Shown: one piece after another, positions 62,458-64,000 of the stretch | Position numbering within the stretch: position 1 is the stretch's first letter | How the letters are laid out: each line of letters starts with the position of its first letter | Notes under the pieces: generated by a model | Databases searched by the model: none | Told to the model about the DNA's origin: nothing | The model's input: the letters and a program-made list of their open reading frames with translations, nothing else | DNA from: Gammaproteobacteria bacterium | GTDB lineage: Bacteria > Pseudomonadota > Gammaproteobacteria > Ga0077536 | DNA: 64,000 nt | NCBI GenBank assembly: GCA_963662545.2 | Contig: CAXXLL010000002.1 | Coordinates: forward strand, 2,240,001-2,304,000 | Direction: 5' to 3' | Translations under genes and position numbers: made by a program

Positions 62458-63042
62458 ATGTTTAGCACCCATACCAAGAAACTGAGCACGATGACAGCGG
62501 GAACCGCTTTGGCGATGTTGATCTCCTGCAGTTCATTTGCCGCAGACTACAAGATCGATCTCGCCCACGCGTTCATTCAATTCGAGATATCCCACCTCGG
62601 TTACAGTACGCTGGCCGGACGATTCAACGATTTCGAAGGGAATTTTAATTGGGACAAATCGAACCCTGGGAGTGCGGCCATGGAAGTGACGGTCAAGACG
62701 GCCAGCATCGACAGCAACTGGGCCGAACGCGACAAGCATCTTCGCAGTGATGAATTCCTCGATGTCGAAAAATTTCCGACCGCAGTGTTCAAAACCACCA
62801 AGTACGATGGCGATGCGTCCGGCGGGAAGATGGAAGGTACCTTGACCCTCCACGGCGTCACCAAGCCGATCACGCTGGACGTCAAATATATCGGGGAAGG
62901 CGACGACCCCTGGGGTGGTTACCGTGCGGGTTTTGCCGCCTCGACGACTTTGAATCGCGGCGACTTCGATATTTCCTATGATCTGGGTCCGGCCTCCGGA
63001 TCGATGGAGTTTAAGCTCTTCGTCGAGGGGATCCGGCAGTAA
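62458..63042 (+). CDS. YceI-family lipid/polyisoprenoid-binding protein
   Basis: HLGYS...GRFNDF, RDKHLRS.EF, LTLHGVTK, DPWGGYRAGF. Confidence 0.93.
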   Translation: MFSTHTKKLSTMTAGTALAMLISCSSFAADYKIDLAHAFIQFEISHLGYSTLAGRFNDFEGNFNWDKSNPGSAAMEVTVKTASIDSNWAERDKHLRSDEFLDVEKFPTAVFKTTKYDGDASGGKMEGTLTLHGVTKPITLDVKYIGEGDDPWGGYRAGFAASTTLNRGDFDISYDLGPASGSMEFKLFVEGIRQ

Positions 63043-63055
63043 GAAGCGCATGGTT

Positions 63056-63093
63056 CGCGCCGGGAAATGACATTACCTGCGTTTCCCGGCGCG
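63056..63093. terminator. GC-rich hairpin between the convergent yceI and cytochrome b genes
   Basis: CGCGCCGGGAAA...TTTCCCGGCGCG; no clear U-tract. Confidence 0.4.
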
Positions 63094-63108
63094 CGGCATC
63101 AGATCGTG

Positions 63109-63169
63109 TTCGCCCGCAAGCGGGCTCCTACGCGTTCGAAGCCGTGCAAGGAGCCCGCTTGCGAGCGAA
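63109..63169. repeat. REP doublet (GTAG-type), inverted pair
   Basis: TTCGCCCGCAAGCGGGCTCCTAC ... CAAGGAGCCCGCTTGCGAGCGAA. Confidence 0.75.
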
Positions 63170-63218
63170 TCGATACGTCAGGCTACGATTAAACGTTCTA
63201 ACGGGACGGATCGCACAT

Positions 63219-63764
63219 TTAACCCCGGATCATCCGCGCCAGCGTGCCATGGCGGTCGATGAACTGATGCTTCAGTGCCGCCCCCGCATGCAGACAGATC
63301 AACACCCCGGTGACGTATCCGAGGTAGAAATGGAGTTCGATCGCTAAGTCGCGCAGATTCTTGTCAACCTTGACCACCGGCGGAACCTCGAACCAGCCGA
63401 AGATATCGATCGACTTACCCACGGAGGTCGATATTAAATAGCCCGTCACCGGAATCAATAACATTGCCGCGTAGAGGGCGTGATGCATGACTCCGGCTGC
63501 CATGCGTTCCCAGGTCTTGAGTTCGACCTGGTGTTCCGGCGACGGCGAGACGAAACGCCACCCCGCGAAGAGCGCACCCAGAGCGAGGGCGAACATGCCG
63601 AAACCTTTGTGGATCGCGAGCGATTCGTTATACCACTTATCGAAATAGGTCAGATCGACCATGTACCAGCCCAGAGCGATCAGTCCGGCGATGAGGATCG
63701 CGACGGACCAGTGCAGGAGTTTGGCGATCAGACCGTAGCCGTTGCGGGTATTTCGTAATTTCAC
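63219..63764 (-). CDS. Cytochrome b561 (YceJ-like)
   Basis: YG.IAKLLHW, HKGFG, HHALY, H..AALKHQFID; start placed at GTG 63764. Confidence 0.92.
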   Translation of the reverse strand: MKLRNTRNGYGLIAKLLHWSVAILIAGLIALGWYMVDLTYFDKWYNESLAIHKGFGMFALALGALFAGWRFVSPSPEHQVELKTWERMAAGVMHHALYAAMLLIPVTGYLISTSVGKSIDIFGWFEVPPVVKVDKNLRDLAIELHFYLGYVTGVLICLHAGAALKHQFIDRHGTLARMIRG

Positions 63765-63808
63765 GATGACCTGGGCGCCGGCATGCCGTCGTATCGGCAC
63801 CAATCGCG

Positions 63809-64000
63809 TTAATAGCGGTAATGCTCGGGTTTATACGGTCCATCTCGCGACACGCCCAGATACTTCGCCTGCTTGCGATTCAAACCATCGAGCTTGATCC
63901 CGAGTTTGTCGAGGTGCAGCCGCGCTACTTTCTCGTCCAGGAGTTTTGGCAGCGTATGCACACCGAGGGGATAACGTTCCGGGAAATTGAATATCTCAAT
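63809..64000 (-). CDS. ahcY: Adenosylhomocysteinase, 3' end (partial)
   Basis: Manual translation: ...[24 protein letters not shown]...[18 protein letters not shown]. Confidence 0.93.
   Translation of the reverse strand: MEIFNFPERYPLGVHTLPKLLDEKVARLHLDKLGIKLDGLNRKQAKYLGVSRDGPYKPEHYRY

Noticed and set aside
1-64000. CRISPR arrays, tRNA/rRNA genes, prophage or defence systems
   Set aside because: No regularly spaced repeats, RNA-gene signatures or such protein motifs recognised by eye; small ncRNAs cannot be excluded without covariance-model searches

Overview
GC-rich, probably gammaproteobacterial chromosome segment. About 1-36.4 kb is one long minus-strand Wzx/Wzy-dependent surface-polysaccharide locus coupled to a VPLPA-CTERM/exosortase D protein-sorting system. 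In transcription order it encodes manC, a Wza-like export protein, an OM beta-barrel, split Wzc (co-polymerase plus kinase), an ExeA-like ATPase, wecB, a secreted glycoside-hydrolase-like protein, Wzy, Wzx, an acyltransferase, two sulfotransferases, a carbamoyltransferase, GT4s, an epimerase, XrtD, a WecA-like enzyme, an IPLPA-CTERM protein and a TPR lipoprotein. The locus carries several lesions that look precisely reversible: IS630 in the co-polymerase, IS66 in wecB, an ISNCY-like IS in the last codons of wzx, and a G7 tract frameshifting a GT4. A second identical ISNCY-like copy and a 7-bp duplication hit a neighbouring FkbM-like gene. Three of the four IS insertion sites are CTAG. A noisy tandem duplication at 15.9-19.3 kb looks like an assembly artefact. 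The rest (39.8-64 kb) is mostly housekeeping: apbE, moxR-bat operon, c-di-GMP enzymes, xdhC/mocA, mlaFEDC plus a second mlaC, a type-2 IleRS with a GIHH motif, sufE, cysS, yceI, cytochrome b561, the ahcY 3' end and two REP doublets. All family calls come from motif recognition by eye; no searches were run.
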